Assembly (NCBI GenBank): GCA_038087875.1
Contig: JAXLNO010000467.1
Coordinates: forward strand, 62,001-126,000
From: Malacoraja senta
Lineage: Eukaryota
Direction of reading: 5' to 3'
DNA length: 64,000 bases
Shown here piece after piece: positions 63,501-64,000 of the stretch (position 1 is its first letter; each line of letters begins with the position of its first letter). The notes beneath the pieces are model-generated. The model was given only the letters and a program-made list of their open reading frames with translations. It was not told where the DNA came from and searched no databases. The position numbers and the translations under genes were made by a program.

Positions 63501-64000
63501 GAGGACCCTGGGATGCAGACCATCAGGCCCAGGGGATTTATCATCCTTCAGTCCCATTAGCCTACCCAATACTATTTCTCGCCTAATGAAAATTTCTTTC
63601 AGTTCCTCTACCCCCTTAGATCCTCTGTCCTCCAGTACATCTGGGAGATTGTTTGTGTCTTCCTTAGTGAAGACAGATCCGAAGTACCTATTCAACTCTT
63701 CTGCCATTTCCTTGTTGCCCATAATAATTTCACCTGTGTTTGCCTTCAAGGGACCCACATTTGACTTTTCTACTCTTTTTCCCTTAACATATCTAAAGAA
63801 GCTTTTACTGTCCTTCTTTATATTCCTGGCCAGCTCCCCTTCGTACTTCATCTTTTCAGCCCGTATTGCCCGTTTTGTTTCCTTCTGTTGTCCTATGAAA
63901 GTTTCCCAATCCTCTGGCTTCCGGCTACTCTTTGCTGTGTTATACATCTTTTCTTTTAGTTTTATTCTATCCCTAACTTGTCTTGTCAGCCACGGTTGCC
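60560..64000 (-). mobile_element. Stack of minus-strand CR1 fragments (~60560-61515, ~61610-61995, ~61996-64000)
   Basis: EN motif VVMGDFN; RT motifs VYLDFQKAFDKV, PQGSVLGP and FADDTKL; separate 3' tails. Confidence 0.9.

Overview
Repeat-dense vertebrate genomic DNA, most likely from a cartilaginous fish (skate or ray). That assignment is inferred from the CR1/HER1-type LINEs, V-SINEs, Penelope-type termini and a GPR139-like receptor. I see no intact, unambiguous host gene. In order along the window: (1) about 8.9 kb of a CpG-rich 20-bp satellite with higher-order structure; (2) two decayed TRIM/B30.2 (PRY-SPRY) gene 3' halves lying back to back; (3) a CR1 carrying nested Rex1/Babar and hAT insertions, plus a 5'-truncated L1 flanked by an apparent ~1.48-kb target-site duplication; (4) a 6.56-kb class I endogenous retrovirus with both LTRs, a 4-bp TSD, a tRNA-Ser PBS, an 82-bp leader array, an env remnant and two tandem integrase C-termini; (5) a near-complete CsRN1-clade Ty3/Gypsy element; (6) nested CR1s; (7) a 200-N gap; (8) a two-exon GPR139-like GPCR broken only by 1-bp indels; (9) several minisatellites; (10) a spliced THAP-domain remnant. 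Many short palindromic repeats carry a minimal hammerhead-ribozyme core. Coordinates were read by eye, and the ends of degenerate repeats are approximate. I found no clearly new biological system. The strongest leads are the giant L1 TSD, the recombinant ERV and the hammerhead palindromes.
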